From the NCBI GenBank assembly GCA_025786725.1, contig JAHLTZ010000027.1:310001-374000 (forward strand): a DNA stretch of 64,000 nt. The letters are read 5' to 3'. This DNA is from Syncephalis fuscata S228. Lineage: Eukaryota; Fungi; Zoopagomycota. Below the pieces are notes generated by a model. That model was not told the origin of the DNA. It ran no database searches and was given only the letters and a program-made list of their open reading frames with translations. Every line of letters begins with the position of its first letter. Within the stretch, counting starts at the first letter, position 1. Both the position numbers and the translations under genes were made by a program. Below are positions 1 through 13,981 of this stretch, piece after piece.

Positions 1-44
1 GCAAAAATGGGCTAAGTGAAGAATTAGTAGGATTTAAATTTAAT

Positions 45-945
45 TTGCAATTATATAGAGTGTTCCATGGCTCAATTCGGTCAAGATCGTGTAAAGATTG
101 GACATGGGTCATGGAAATGGCTCGATGCACTGGACGTGTAGCACGCGTTCCAGGTGGAGAGGCTGCGGCTGCAGCTTCATCAGATCCGGATAATGTACTT
201 GTCAGTACAAGTGACGGTCTTGAATTTGTCTACGATCTAGTGCTTGAAGAAGACTTTAACGACGGTCTTTATCACGAAGAAATTGCCGACAAAGAAGACG
301 GTGTAGATGCAGGCGAAATACGTGGTCGTGAATGGCGTATTGCTGTTGAAGAAGTTGAGCGGCTTTATTACAGCTCTTCTGGACGTTTGTTAAATATCGA
401 AGGGGCCAAACACCCAGTGCTTGTATTCAAGGTTGTACGTGGTGCTGGTCGATTAAGGTCGATTGAGCCTGTTCGTCCAAGTACACCGCCGCCACGTGGA
501 TCGTCAGCCGATAATGCCGATGTCGATTGGTTTGCTATTGAGCTTTATCAAGAAGGCGATATGGTTGGCGATGTTTCCGACGAAGAGGATGAAGAGGAAG
601 AGGACGCCATAGAGGACGAAGGCAGCGAAACCATATCGTTAACCGACAAATCTCAGTCTAATAATACAGATACCGCTTCTACTAATAACAAAAAGCAAAA
701 TGATCCATCTCCTTTCTTGTTAGGCTCACCCGCCCCACTACCAATCGATGAAGCATCTAAGCCTACAGCAGCAGCCATGATTGGCACACTCAGTCTACTT
801 GAATTTGTTGTTAGATTAAGTGCACTTGAAGTATGTTTACAACGATCGCATTTAGAAGCACCCGATGAAATGATCAATCTATTCCTTAAAGACGACCAAA
901 TGTCAAAGGATAGTGTTGATATCGATGTGGCTGCGTCAAATGCCA
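45..945. repeat. Inverted repeat copy A (about 0.9 kb) of 9366-10270
   Basis: Direct comparison: the peptide WVMEMARCTG...DSVDIDVA is shared, with only scattered substitutions. Confidence 0.9.
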
Positions 946-1016
946 CATCTATCAACATTTTTACTGTTATTGCTATTGCTGTGTTTATTCTGATAATGTA
1001 CATTAAATTTAATTAA
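45..1016 (+). pseudogene. Partial, inverted duplicate of the YRB30-type Ran-binding gene (C-terminal half, new hydrophobic tail)
   Basis: About 45-945 is nearly identical to the reverse complement of about 9366-10270. It lacks the N-terminal exons and diverges after ...SNAT into an AT-rich tail. Confidence 0.7.
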
Positions 1017-3099
1017 ATACAATCAATTACATTATCAGCACGTATTAATAAAATTCTTAAATATTAAATTGTTAACCAAATGATAATGTTGATATAGTCA
1101 CATTAATATAGCTGCCTAGCTAATAAAGCATATATTACAAGCTTATTGTTAGTATATTTACTTGGTTGTTATTTGCTAGGCATTAAATTTAAATAAACTT
1201 GATTATAACTATACTAGTTTAGTTACATATGTTTAAAATAAAATTGTTCGTTTATTGCTAAAAACTTTTATAGCTGAATAAGTACAACTGAGTGTAGACT
1301 TGTTGCAGACATAACAATCCCATTGAATAAAGAATGAATAAATCAAAATATTGATTGAAAATCGATATTTAAATAAACTAGTCGGCAATTGTTGGATGAT
1401 CTTGATTTTTACCAAAGATATACCTAAAATATATTAAACTGGTAGTCAGATTACGCTAAAATCCCCGTTTTTCTTATCAAATTATCCTTTTATATTTGTA
1501 GATACATACGATAAACGTTACATAGTTAATATTCAGGTTATCAATAACTTTTTTTACTTACAATCTGTTAATATCATAGTGCACACAGTAGACAGTATAT
1601 AGTTGGTTCATGTTTGATTAATATATAATTCCACTTACCCTCTATTAATAGCAAGTTATTAAGCACGCATAACACAAAGTATATATTTACCACATAGTCA
1701 ATTAGTATACAAAGCCATTTACTCCCTATTAGCGCAAACTATTAAACATATGCAGTGTATGATGTGTGTTTAAAGTATAGTTGATTAATCTACAATTTTA
1801 CTTACAAGCTAATAGTATTAATTTATTAGTAAACACACAATTCATATTATTTAATTAGTACGTAATTAATTGATTTATAGTATTACTTACGGTCGATTAA
1901 TATTAAGCTGTTGGAACAAACAGTACATACCATTTAATTAGTGCATAATTAACTGCTTTATAATATTGTTTACCAGCTATTGAGAATAAGTTATTGCTAC
2001 ATACAGTGTATATCATGTAAGTAAGCCATAACTAATTAATAGACAGTAATACTTACTAACTATTGATACAAATTATTGATATAAATTACATGTGATTTGA
2101 TTAACATATGGTCAACTAGTATACAATATAATTTGCCAGCTACTAACACCAAATCGTTGATTATTAACAAGACTCAATTCTAGTAAGTATCCAACTTTGA
2201 TAATTATTATAAACACAACATATCATGGCGATCTAGATACAACTTAGCATCCACCGTGACTGTAATGGCGACAAGGGTAGCGAGAACGACTTAGACGGCG
2301 GCAATGAAAAGTTTTATGCTGATCTTGATTTGTTAAACAAACAAGTAGAACGAAAAGTAGAGTGTGTCTAGTATAGGGTAGGTAATATTGCTTATTAGAC
2401 GGTAAGTGGGGTGTAACTTTGATATTAATAGTTAGTTACGCAAATTATGAGCTTTATCTAAATTTTTGACTATTATTGGAATTGTTATGTGATAATGAAT
2501 AACATCTTATTTTTTCTAAATTCTTCAGCCATGATTTTCCTACCTTCTTGCAGGGTCTAGTCAGCTGCTTAAACTGCCACATAAGCTACAATGCATTTTA
2601 TAAATTATTAGGCTATTCACATCCAATGTTATTTGTCTTAAACATTTATTGCCATCATTAAAATTTGTGTGTCTTTATTGGTTAATTTCTTGTCAATGCT
2701 ATAGCTATTACAATAACTAATACGCCATTATTCTGTTATCTCATGCTCAACATTGCCATTATCTTGACTCAATTTCAGTGATTACACTAAATTATTAAGC
2801 ATAGTATACTGTATGAAATATGCCATTGGAATGCAATATAAAACAATAAAACACATAGAAAGTGAATTAAAATGATTATATGCAGAATTGCAGCGTACAT
2901 TGCACGTGTACAAATTGCTCAATCCACCATGCAATCCAAAATAAACCTATTGTCCAAAGAAGTATTAATAGTAATTTTAAACCTATTGCATCAGTGCGTA
3001 TTAAATTTATCCATGAGACATAGTATCAAGCATTTATTAGGCCATAGACTACCACCAACCAAATACTTCTTGGCCTTTGGAGTAACAAAGTTGCTTTAA

Positions 3100-3320
3100 C
3101 CATTGGATTCGGTAATTCATATAAACACCAAGTATTTCTATTTACTTTGGCATGTAGGCAGTATTTAATTTATAATATACATATACATAAGTTATAGTTT
3201 TTGGTGTGTTTTAACTGTACATCAGTGGCAAACAGCATCCACCACTAGCCATGCCTATACATCAATATGTTTATTGTGTTTTCACCAACACCAATTCCCA
3301 TTCCATTTTTTACGCAATGG
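3100..3320 (-). mobile_element. Possible highly degraded non-LTR retrotransposon RT remnant
   Basis: Minus-strand fragments GMGIGVGENTINILMY (like the LINE context before YADD) and EILGVYMNYRIQW (like KYLGVxLxxxLxW) occur in the correct order but are interrupted by stops and frameshifts. Confidence 0.3.
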
Positions 3321-4384
3321 CACATACATGCTATTAACCAAACTATAGCCGGTTTTCCCCTTCAACAATACAACTCTATTCTAATGAACATATGATACAC
3401 TGAGTTAATGGTAAAATATTATAAATTATTCAATTTTTACTGGTAGCTACGCTACTATAAAATAACATTTTTATTCATATCAATGAACACATTGTTCATT
3501 TTTAGTTAGTGTCACACAGTCTATTCAGTTTACTGTATTTGAACTGTAATAATCAATGACCAATAAAGAAGGGATTTATTAACAAGCAGCATTAACCAGC
3601 CAATAAATTACATTCTGAGCGTTTAGATAAGCGTTATTAAACATCAGAAATTAACGCTATAGGGTGACGCCAGAATAAGGTGTTGCTTGGTCATCTAAGT
3701 CGCGATTTTTAAAACTAGATTCGCAACACTATTATCAACGTTTCGTTAATCAAATCATTTATATTGTTTTTTAATTCATATTTTACTGCTTTTATTACAC
3801 AATTACATTTAAATTATTTTTTATTACTGCTGTGCTTTCATAATATTAGCACAATAATTTCGCATTCAATTTTAAATTAGCGTTTTATTGGTATTTCAAA
3901 GTATTATAATTATAAATAAAGTATTTTATTGCCATGATAACTATTAAAAGTAAAAATATTACAGTTTATGATGCTCGTATCGTTACAATTCTGGTGATAT
4001 AATTATATTGGCATAATTATGTGGCTAAAAAATACTCCATGCATTAGATAAATCTATTGAATAGCCAAATCTACATATCGCTATTGTTAACTGTTTGCAA
4101 TGTTTATTTATAACTATAGTCCGTTGCTATTTTACATCTATTCTGTTTACTAAAAGCAATAGATTAATGCAGCGTTGTCGAATACATAACATTTTAAACT
4201 TTTGTCTAAATAGTTGCCTATAACATGCTAGATTATTAGGCAAAAAATAATTAATTTTACGCTAATATTGCTACAATCAATAGTAAATTTTTTAAAACAC
4301 ATTAGACTATTTAGTTGTATCGACACTAGCAATGGCACCTTTTACATATGATCTGCCTAATATGACCCAACACTCACAAGTAAA

Positions 4385-4969
4385 TCAGTAGACTAAAGAC
4401 GATAAATTGTAACAAAATATTTTTAATGCTGATCTAACTCTAGTACTATCCATTATTCGATTTTGATTGTAAGTCGTTGTTTGTTTAGCATATTGGAAAG
4501 TCTTTGGCAAATTATGGTTAAGGCCAAAGTTTTGTGTCCAGTAAGGTACGCCATTACTGCCTATAGCCAGACCACTACCAAAATGCGTAGACTCGGCTAC
4601 TAGGTTTTCATAATGGACAGGTGAATTAATCCAAAAGTCCATGGCTAGTTCCATAGTTTGCTGTCCGTATGCAACGTTCTCCCTTATATAGTTCCACCAG
4701 GCGCCGTCGATGGAGCAGCGCTGCATTAACTCAGGCTCACCAGGGAATGAATGGCCATAATTATTATTATTGGCTTGAACTTGGCTATGGTCCTGTGCAG
4801 CTTTGTTTAGGACAGGATACATTGCAAGTGGTGGAAGCTGTTTTCCAGCGCGGAAGCTGTTGACCTGGCAAAGCATTCCTTCTGGTGTAAAGTCAAATGG
4901 ACTGGCGCTTACTTCAACGACGCTAGCGGCGAATGCGGTAAGCATAACAAGAGTAGTGAGGAATTGCAT
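4385..4969 (-). CDS. Secreted CAP/SCP (PR-1/YkwD-like) domain protein
   Basis: Signal peptide, LNKAAQDHS, ENVAYGQ, WINSPVHYENL, YWTQNFG. Intronless; the C-terminal end is uncertain. Confidence 0.85.
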   Translation of the reverse strand: MQFLTTLVMLTAFAASVVEVSASPFDFTPEGMLCQVNSFRAGKQLPPLAMYPVLNKAAQDHSQVQANNNNYGHSFPGEPELMQRCSIDGAWWNYIRENVAYGQQTMELAMDFWINSPVHYENLVAESTHFGSGLAIGSNGVPYWTQNFGLNHNLPKTFQYAKQTTTYNQNRIMDSTRVRSALKIFCYNLSSLVY

Positions 4970-6374
4970 TATGATAATGATTGCAAGCTTAAAAGTCGTG
5001 CGTAGTTGTTGGTGCGTTTAGTCGATTTATCAGACTAGCTGTAATCAATAAATGAAAATAGTGGCGTAAGTTGCTGGAGAAGCTGTAGCTTTGTTGGGAT
5101 GCTAAATCAACTATTGACCAGATAAATTGCTGTGTATTTATACTCAATCTCGTAGTAACAGCTACTAAGGGGTGTTTTATGGTTATTATGGCCAAGCGTG
5201 TCCTTATTTTTTGTCCTGAGTAGTGTAATAAACAACGCCTCCGATCACGGCATGCTAAAACATAACAGCCCTTAATAGCATAAGATTTAATGTTTCAGGT
5301 AAACAACCAGTTATCACATTTTTATCAAAGCCACACTTTTGCATATTATATTGCCACAACTTGCTAATAGTATTTATGTGTTATAATTATATCGTTTATT
5401 TTTGGTATTAATGATCTTTTGCCAACAAATATACCAACACACCAACTAATGTGCTATATTGTAAAATTGGTTTTATTAATTATTGCATATTGCACGTTTC
5501 ATATTCTTGCGGTATACAAGTTTGCACTCGTTTTATTGCGGCAAAGTTTTGACCCAACCTTCACGGTACTAATTTGAAGTTTCAGGTCTTGCTATTTACC
5601 AATTATAATCTATTGGCTTCATTAAACCAGTACCAGGACCAACTCCTATAAAATTATTCCGGTTATGTTTAGCGCAATACTACCATAGTTAGATGCTATT
5701 GATTTAAAGGTAGCTATCCTTACTATGTATGTATTGGCTCAAGGCATTGTAGTAGACCAATAAACAAATGATTAGACCAATAAACTGGTATTTTATAACT
5801 ATGAAGGTTCCACGCGCAATGCAAACACAATACAACTATTGATTGCAATAGATCCAATTGCTACAATGTGATGCTTTACATATTGCATTAACACACTTTG
5901 TTAGTGTTTTAATATTTGTTTACGATTCGCTTGTTGATAAAATCATATTGTATAATTTATTGTATTGTAGACATAAACAACATTTAGATACAAGTAGTAG
6001 AAATAAATGGTGTTTATTGATATTTGCGCCGGATAAGTAACAAAAAAATGCCTTACTTGCTGTTACCGACAGTAATACGGAAAAGGTAGCCTTGAGTCTA
6101 TCATTGATAGTGTCGCCAAGAATTTCAATCAATACGCACTTGTTATAAAAGTATCTATATTTAATGGTTGTATTGCCGATATTCTTCCTATACCATGTAC
6201 TCATTATTGCTATTAAACAGCTTCTGACAACTGATGGCCAGATTAGCAATACTCAACTATAAACAAAAATATTAGCAGCACATTTAATTGTAAATTACTG
6301 ATTTCAAATAATAATCATATTCAACATTGACTTGCATATTAAAAGGCATTATTACTATTTATTAAAGCGATTGA

Positions 6375-7627
6375 TCATTTAATGCCGTAAGCCATTGCAC
6401 AATATCTATATGTCTCCACTGTTGTGCTAAATAAATTTTCATTAGTATTAGCTTGAATACAGCGTTATTTAGATGATTTCTTACCTAAACTAAGACTTGT
6501 TCGGCCTTGTCGATCCTTCATATTTAATAGTTCTGTTAAATCAGTCTTGGATTGACTTGCTACTGCTTCACATAAATAGCGTGCCATTGATAAATTACCT
6601 TCTTTGATTGCATAATGTAACGGTGTTCAATGATCCCACGTGTCAGGTTGTAGCACCGATAGATGCCATTGCTCAATGGCCAATTTTGCCACCGCTTGAT
6701 CGCCAATCATTGCAGCTAAATGTAATGCATTCCGGCCATTATCATCAGCTACTTGTGCTATATTGCTGTCATGGTGATTGTGTAGCAGTTTAGCAGCCAG
6801 CGCAGCGTGCCCGCCAATAATGGACGCTAGCCAGGGCGTCGTGCCAGCATGATCTCTTTGAGTTAGACTATCAGGTGCGACGGCCAATAATGCTTCTACT
6901 GCCTGGGTAAAGCCTGCTTGTGCCGCCATATGTATAGCTAAACGACCGTTTTGCGATAGAAGTGGAACCAGTGAGGGTGCTGCATTGATTAAATAAAGTG
7001 TTGCCTGTTCGCTTGTGGCTGCAGCTAAATGTAGAACAGTTCTACCATCTTTAATTGCAAGTAATGGGTCGGCACCATGTTTTAATAATAGCTCAAGACT
7101 GGTCAAATCACCTTTAAGCGCTAATTGATTATTATTGTTGTTGTCAGCAATTATATTGATAACTTTCATATTAATATTTACCTGCCAAATGTAATGGTGT
7201 CCACTCGCCGTGTTTTATACCATTAGCACTAGCACCATTATCAAGTAATAGATGCATACTGGTAATATCGCCCATTGCTTCATGTAACGGCTGTCGGCCT
7301 CAATATCAGGTCAGTAAAAATAGTACCAATATCGTCGAGCTATTTACCACGTCGATTAGCTTTATCAACCGATGCATGTTGGCCTAATAGCCACTCAATG
7401 ATATGTATATGATGAGCGCGCGCCGCATGATGCAAAAGTGTGTCGCCTTGCGTATCCGCATAGTTAAGAAGCCAATCGTTTGCTGTTAGTGCTTCCTCTA
7501 ATAGTTTAAGTTCGGTAGGTTCGCAGTTATGTACTAGTCGCAATGCCAGTTTCCATACATTCTTTTGCTCATTCGTTATATTGTCATTGCAAAACTTGCC
7601 ACGACTGATGGTATTAACGTGTGACAT
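6375..7627 (-). CDS. Ankyrin-repeat protein (multi-exon, in-frame TGA at 6627-6629)
   Basis: GDTLLHHAA, GRTVLHLAA, GRLAIHMAA, GRNALHLAA and TPLHYA repeats; about 3 GT-AG introns; last exon HIDIVQWLTALK*. Confidence 0.8.
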
Positions 7628-8036
7628 TAGTACTCAGCAATAATACCTGTAGTAGACAACAATGAAAAAACGTCATAGAATAGCTATATCTTTTCATTTC
7701 ATCTATTTAAGTTTGTGGACCAGTGTTTTACTTTCCTGTTTGTTCCAGTCCTGCTGTTTTAGCCGGAGTGTTTGTGTTTCTATTGAACTAAGTTTGTACA
7801 CTTTTAGCAATTTTACATCTGGTTGTTTGGACTCTCTTCCTAGCGAGTGCCAATGTGGCTGTCGTAGCTGTGACCATAATTTCTTTATATTAGCAATTTA
7901 TTTAATTGTCTTGTCCATTATGCCAATGTTATTATGCTAATAAAAGTATACTGTACGATTTATTTCATTTAGTGTGATTTATGAGTTAAATGACAGTTTA
8001 TAACAATATTTACGTGGTTGAACTACACATCCAATC

Positions 8037-8105
8037 TATTGAACATGGTGATGGATGGTGAGTGACATCAAAGTTTAAAATACTCATCATTGTAGATTTA
8101 TTATA
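8037..8105. repeat. About 65-bp diverged dispersed repeat, copy 1 (copy 2 at about 19128-19196)
   Basis: aacatg(g/a)tgatgg(a/g)tggtgagtgacatcaa...atcattgtagatt(t/c)attat is present at both sites. Confidence 0.7.
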
Positions 8106-8219
8106 TATCAAATGTATTACTAAAACCTTTATAGTTTTAGCTGAAACGGTTAAACCATTCAAACCATTCTTGTTCCAATTAAATACAACCATTTTTCTTT
8201 CTGTTTTCTTTAGTCAGTA

Positions 8220-8913
8220 ATGGCGGAATTAAGACAAAGATCGCCGAATGACACAAAAACAGAATCACCGAATAATAGTAGCAGTAGCAGTAGTGGAGAT
8301 GTACTAAGCAATGCTACACCATCAATATCAACGAACCTGAAACAGTAACATCGAAAAGCTGGTGGAAATCCTGGGATCCATCGTTAACACTGGAAAATAA
8401 AGGCAGTGTTGCCCGTGATCATTTGGGTAAGCAATAGTAGTCATATCATTAATATTTCATTAGTACTAGTGTTATTAATAGTAACTGTATACTGAAATGT
8501 CGCTATTATTCAATTTAAATGAATAATAATTATTATGATGTGTGCTTACAGCAAATGAACGTACTTTTCTTGCCTGGATCCGTACTTCGCTTTCGTTAAT
8601 TACGGTAGGCGTGGCTATTTCACAGCTATTTCGACTACCTGCCAGTGATAAAGATGATCTAGGTAGAACAACGCCTACTGACGGATTTCGCTTACCAAAA
8701 ACGGGTAAAATTCTTGGTGGCACTTTTATTGCACTTGGTATGTGTTTTGTCTTCATGGCTGGATGGAGATACTTTCGAGCACAGTTGGCCATGACACACG
8801 GCATGTTTCCTACAAGTAGAGTACTAGTTATATTCAGTGCTCTACTCGTATTACTGCTACTTATTGGACTACTAATTGTAGTGCTACTTGAACGCAGCTC
8901 TCCAGTTGCGTAA
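8220..8913 (+). CDS. DUF202 (YidH/Vtc1-like) membrane protein
   Basis: LENKGSVARDHL, intron, then ANERTFLAWIRTSL; three hydrophobic helices. Linking the ATG at 8220 requires an apparent frameshift upstream of about 8345. Confidence 0.8.
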
Positions 8914-9079
8914 TGGCTAATAACATTAAATAATCAATTACTTTAATAAATAGCAACAGTGTCTTTAATATGCTAGTCAATATTGAAAGATAATACGGCA
9001 AGAATACATTCACACAAACACATAGAACGAGCAAGAATAAAAATGCTTATTGACATCATTTCTTTAGCATTATTTGCTC

Positions 9080-10960
9080 TTATTCGAAAGCAAGAAAGTT
9101 GGGCGGTTTTGGTGGTTTCATTAAAGGTGCAGCTGATGGACCAGCTCGATGTTGTATCGCATGTTTGCCATTAGTAGAACGAAGTGGTGTAGCAAAATTA
9201 TCCGATCCTAAAGAGGCTTGTTTAGACGATGCTGTTATAGTAGTGGCAGTGGCAATAATACGAGGTGATTTATGTGATGGCGAATCAGCTTCTCCTCCTC
9301 GTGCTCCACCTAAATGATTTGATCGTGTAGCTCGACGTGCTGATGAGTGTGGAGTGCCAATTGGCGTGGCATTTGACTCAGCCACATCGATATCAACACT
9401 ATCCTTTGACATTTGGTCGTCTTTAAGGAATAGATTGATCATTTCATCGGGTGCTTCTAAATGCGATCGTTGTAAACATACTTCAAGTGCACTTAATCTA
9501 ACAACAAATTCAAGTAGACTGAGTGTACCAATCATGGCTGCTGCCGTAGGCCTAGATGCTTCATCAATTGGTAGTGGGGCGGGTGAGCCTAACAAGAAAG
9601 GAGATGGTCATTTTGCTTTTTGTTATTAATAAAAGCTGTATCTGTATTATTAGACTGAGATTTGTCGGTTAACGATATGGTTTCGCTGCCTTCATCCTCT
9701 ATGGCGTCCTCTTCCTCTTCATCCTCTTCGTCAGAAACATCGCCAACCATATCGCCTTCTTGATAAAGCTCAATAGCAAACCAATCGACATCGGCATTAT
9801 CGGCTGACGATCCACGTGGCGGCGGTGTACTTGGACGAACAGGCTCAATCGACCTTAATCGACCAGCACCACGTACAACCTTGAATACAAGCACTGGGTG
9901 TTTGGCCCCTTCGATATTTAACAAACGTCCAGAAGAGCTGTAATAAAGCCGCTCAACTTCTTCAACAGCAATACGCCATTCACGACCACGTATTTCGCCT
10001 GCATCTACACCGTCTTCTTTGTCGGCAATTTCTTCGTGATAAAGACCGTCGTTAAAGTCTTCTTCAAGCACTAGATCGTAGACAAATTCAAGACCGTCAC
10101 TTGTACTGACAAGTACATTATCCGGATCTGATGAAGCTGCAGCCGCAGCCTCTCCACCTGGAACGCGTGCTACACGTCCAGTGCATCGAGCCATTTCCAT
10201 GACCCATGTCGAATCTTTAAGCGATTTGGGCCGAATTGAGCCACGGAACATTCGGTAGAACCGCAAATCAAATGCTGGCCATACCCATTCTTCGCGTAGC
10301 CCACCTTCATCGCGGAAACGACGTGCACAGTCAGCCAATGCCGATGAAGCTTGCATTAAACGTGATGGCGATACACTTGTAGGCAAACTTGTACCCAAAT
10401 TCGCACCAGAAGTAGTCAGTGCCAAATTAAGGAATGGCACAGCATCTTCAATACGAGCAAGTAATGCTTTAAGTTCACGCGTTACCCGTGCTACCGATGC
10501 TGCCTCTGCTTCTGCTTCTTCTTCTTCATGTTCACTCTTCTCTTCTGATGCATCTAATTTGGCAGTATCCGCAGCCAACCGTCTAGCAAATCGATCCATA
10601 TCCCGTCTTAATGCTGTAGTTAAATCAAGAACGGATTCAAGTGCTGTATTGCCACGAGCAGCAATAATCTCCACCAAATCAATGGCTGGTGTAACAATTC
10701 GTAGTTTAGTTTCAAAACGATCACGTAAACGCAATAGATCCTCGTTGGCGTCATTATTACGGCGCCCTTGAGAGCGATGTCGCTGACCATGCTGTAGATA
10801 GTTGCTAATTTGTTGCTATAGCAAATAAATCTCAATAAAAAATAGGCAGTAGTAACAAAAAATATATACTTACCACAGCGACACGGCTAGCGGCACCGAA
10901 CGCAGCCCGGCCCACTAACGACACCGTAGTAATGGCAAGCTTGGAGAACAAGTCATCCAT
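9080..10960 (-). CDS. YRB30: Ran-GTP-binding protein, Yrb30 family
   Basis: MDDLFSKLA N-terminus; KLRIVTPAIDLVEIIAARGNTALES; RIEDAVPFLNLALTTSGANL..VSPSRLMQAS; LSLLEFVVRLSALE. One intron at about 10820-10873 and a 1-bp frameshift at about 9607. Confidence 0.85.
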
Positions 10961-11838
10961 ACTGGACTTTGTTATTGTTTAGATAACTAGTTCTGCGACA
11001 ACTACAGTGGTCAGCGTACAAAAGTGCAAGTCCGTGCAATCAAAAAAACGGCGACAATAACAAACAACAAGAGAGGAAAAGATGTCAATCGATAAAACGA
11101 AACGTGTTCGATTATTTGAGTTATTTAATTATTATGATCTCATTGTAAAATAGTCATTATTAGTAATATCAATAACAATAGTATTTTTATCATAATGATT
11201 TATTAGACTCCCACATTATGATCCCCAAAGCAAATTTGTTCTAATGAAGTCATGTTGTTGTTATAGCAACATAGATATATTACTTTCTATTAAAATAATG
11301 TTAATAAATTAATTTAAATAAGTAATGTAACATATCATTTAATTTCTTTGAAACATTTGAGGTCGAGCATTATTGTTGCTGGCTATGTGTAGAAAGATTG
11401 ATCGAATATTAATAGAACCATATAATTACGATTCCATGTCATTCTGCATTTGTTGTTATTATATCTATGTACAGCATGGATTATTGCATCTGAATGGTCT
11501 GTTTTATTTTCTACTATTCTACTATTGCATTTTGGACATATTTGTAATGTAAGATCAAGATTAATATACTTATTATAAAAGTCGTTTATTAAACAGTCAT
11601 TTCCTCTATAGCCAATCTGACTAAATAAATGACAGTATATATATATTAAAGAAAATAAAATAACTAATAATTACATTATTGTATTGATAATTACATGAAT
11701 TGATTAATGTTGGATGTAATATTATACATGTTATAGTAATGAATGGGTGTTTAATTGTATTTAAAGTGTTGAGGAGTGAAATAGATAAATAAAAATGTGA
11801 GAGTCAAAGTACAGTAGCTCCAACTCTTTAACTGTAAT

Positions 11839-13854
11839 CTACATATTGCCTTTCACTTCATAAAATAAGCAGGCTCGATTGCTTGATCCTTCCCATCCAC
11901 GATTACCAGATGTCGAAATAAGGAATCGATTACATGGATCCAGATCTAATAATAATTTATTAGTATAAGTATATTAATGTATCATATACATCGTTTAATT
12001 AGCTTACAGAGATGTGAAATAATACCGCCATGGTGTCCAGGAATGATACGGAACGGTACAGTTTTTGCATCAGTTGGTGCTTCCAAGTCCCATAGTCGAA
12101 TATTATCCGTTGAGGCACTAATATTAATATCAATATTAATACAACAGTAATTTTAATAAACTTAATCTACTTGCCATAATAAATGTCGTCCATTAATCGT
12201 TGCATTGACATGACTGACTGGACCGGAATTATTTGGAAAGCGTAGTGTACGCACTGGCTTGTTCTCGGCAATGTCCCATTCATCAACTGTATAGCCATCA
12301 GATATTAAAGTAGTTAATTAGCATATTGTAAATATACAAATTAAAGCTAATTACCGGCACCATGTCGTCGTCCAGCATAGACACGTCGACCATCCGCACT
12401 CCAACATGCCTATCAGCTAATATCAGCTATCTATTGTCAAACAATATCAATATAACCTACTGATATACACCAAGGCGGACATTTATCCGAAGGAAGTAAA
12501 CGACGTGCCGGTGTAGCTTGTCGTCGATCCCATAGCAAGCAAATACCATCTATACTGCTACTTAGAACAACTGTTGGATCGGTTGTATCGATATTCATAG
12601 CACTGCTCGATCCTTGTTGGCCTAACGTGTCAAAGCTATTTGATTGTTGTGCACTTGGGAGTGGCCGTAATGATAATGAACTGATTTGTGATACATGTTC
12701 ATTAAACGAATGTACCACTGTGCCAGTATTCAAATCCCATTCCTGATAATTCATTATACGTCATTGTATATTAAACACTAATATAATAAATATAAACGTA
12801 CTTACACAAACTGACTTGTCCCAACTACCACTCCATACACCTTGTTCATCTGGTGTTATTTGGAGTGCAGATACAGGCAATGTATGTTGCTTTAACACAT
12901 GATGACAATGGCCTTCTTCATGACGTATTGAATATAAGTTAATGGCACCCGTCTACGTAGCAGCTATTAATTAATTATTTATTTATGAGAATAAAACCTA
13001 GTACTTACTTCTAGTCCAGATAATGCCCAGACTGCTTCTGAATGCACAGCTAGACTGTAGACAGGAGACAGTTGTGGCTTACATGCCGGTAACGTAGAAT
13101 TAATTAGCTTTGTAGTTACAGGTGCTTTTGTATCTGCAGCATTAGGCGTAGATACAGCTGTATCATTTGCCGTGGTAGCAACATTCGAAGTAGGTGTATT
13201 CACCTCAGTTATCATACGAGATGATTCATCTGGCTCAGGTCCTAAATACTCTAGTGTTAGTATATTTATCCTTAATACCACAATAATTACTTGCCAGCAA
13301 ATTCTTTTGTTTCATTGGGCCATTGTGAAAGCAATACACCACTCTATCAGTGCTATTAGCCATTAAAAATAAATGATTGAATTTATTTGCTTACTTTCAC
13401 TACCGAGTCAACTTGACCTTGACGCTGAACTGAAGTTAATGGCACTTTACCATTAATCGATGCAAAAAAGTCCCATTTACGAATAATGCCATCGGCACCT
13501 CCTGTCAGTACCCAGCGCATACAAGGTGTGGCCGTTATGGAAAATACGTCGGACGGGTGAATAAGTAATCCCTAAATATTATATATACATATGGTAAGTA
13601 AACTAGCACTTTAATAAACATTTAAATGTCAATATATATATATTTACCTGAGCGGAAAAATAGTAGCTGGTCGCCGAAAGAATATCTGGACGAATAGCTG
13701 GTAGTCGATTGCCTGGTAATGAAGGCGCTTTCGACATAGCAGTCAGTGCTACCGCGTAGGCATCCGGTGCGGCTGCATTCGTAGTAGCTAGCTTTGCATG
13801 GCCACCGGCCAACGCGACAGAATCGGCAGGCTGGTGATCAGCCTGAAGTGCCAT
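11839..13854 (-). CDS. SPT8: SAGA complex WD40 subunit Spt8 (multi-exon)
   Basis: VYSLAVHSEAVWALSGLE, WSGSWDKSV, PPWCISACWS, FPNNSGPVS, GHHGGIIS and TSGNRGWEG match the Spt8 pattern across several short introns. Confidence 0.85.
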
Positions 13855-13981
13855 ACTTTCAACAAGTAATTAGAATAGATTAGGCTATTAATAACGCGTA
13901 CTAGCTTTAAAGCGTAGTGGAATTCATGTACAGCTAAATAAGGCGAAAAAGAAATGAAGCTGTTTGGTTAAAATTCAAATT

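Noticed and set aside
6627-6629. Selenocysteine interpretation of the ankyrin TGA
   Set aside because: The position is not a redox Cys site and I could not identify a SECIS element.
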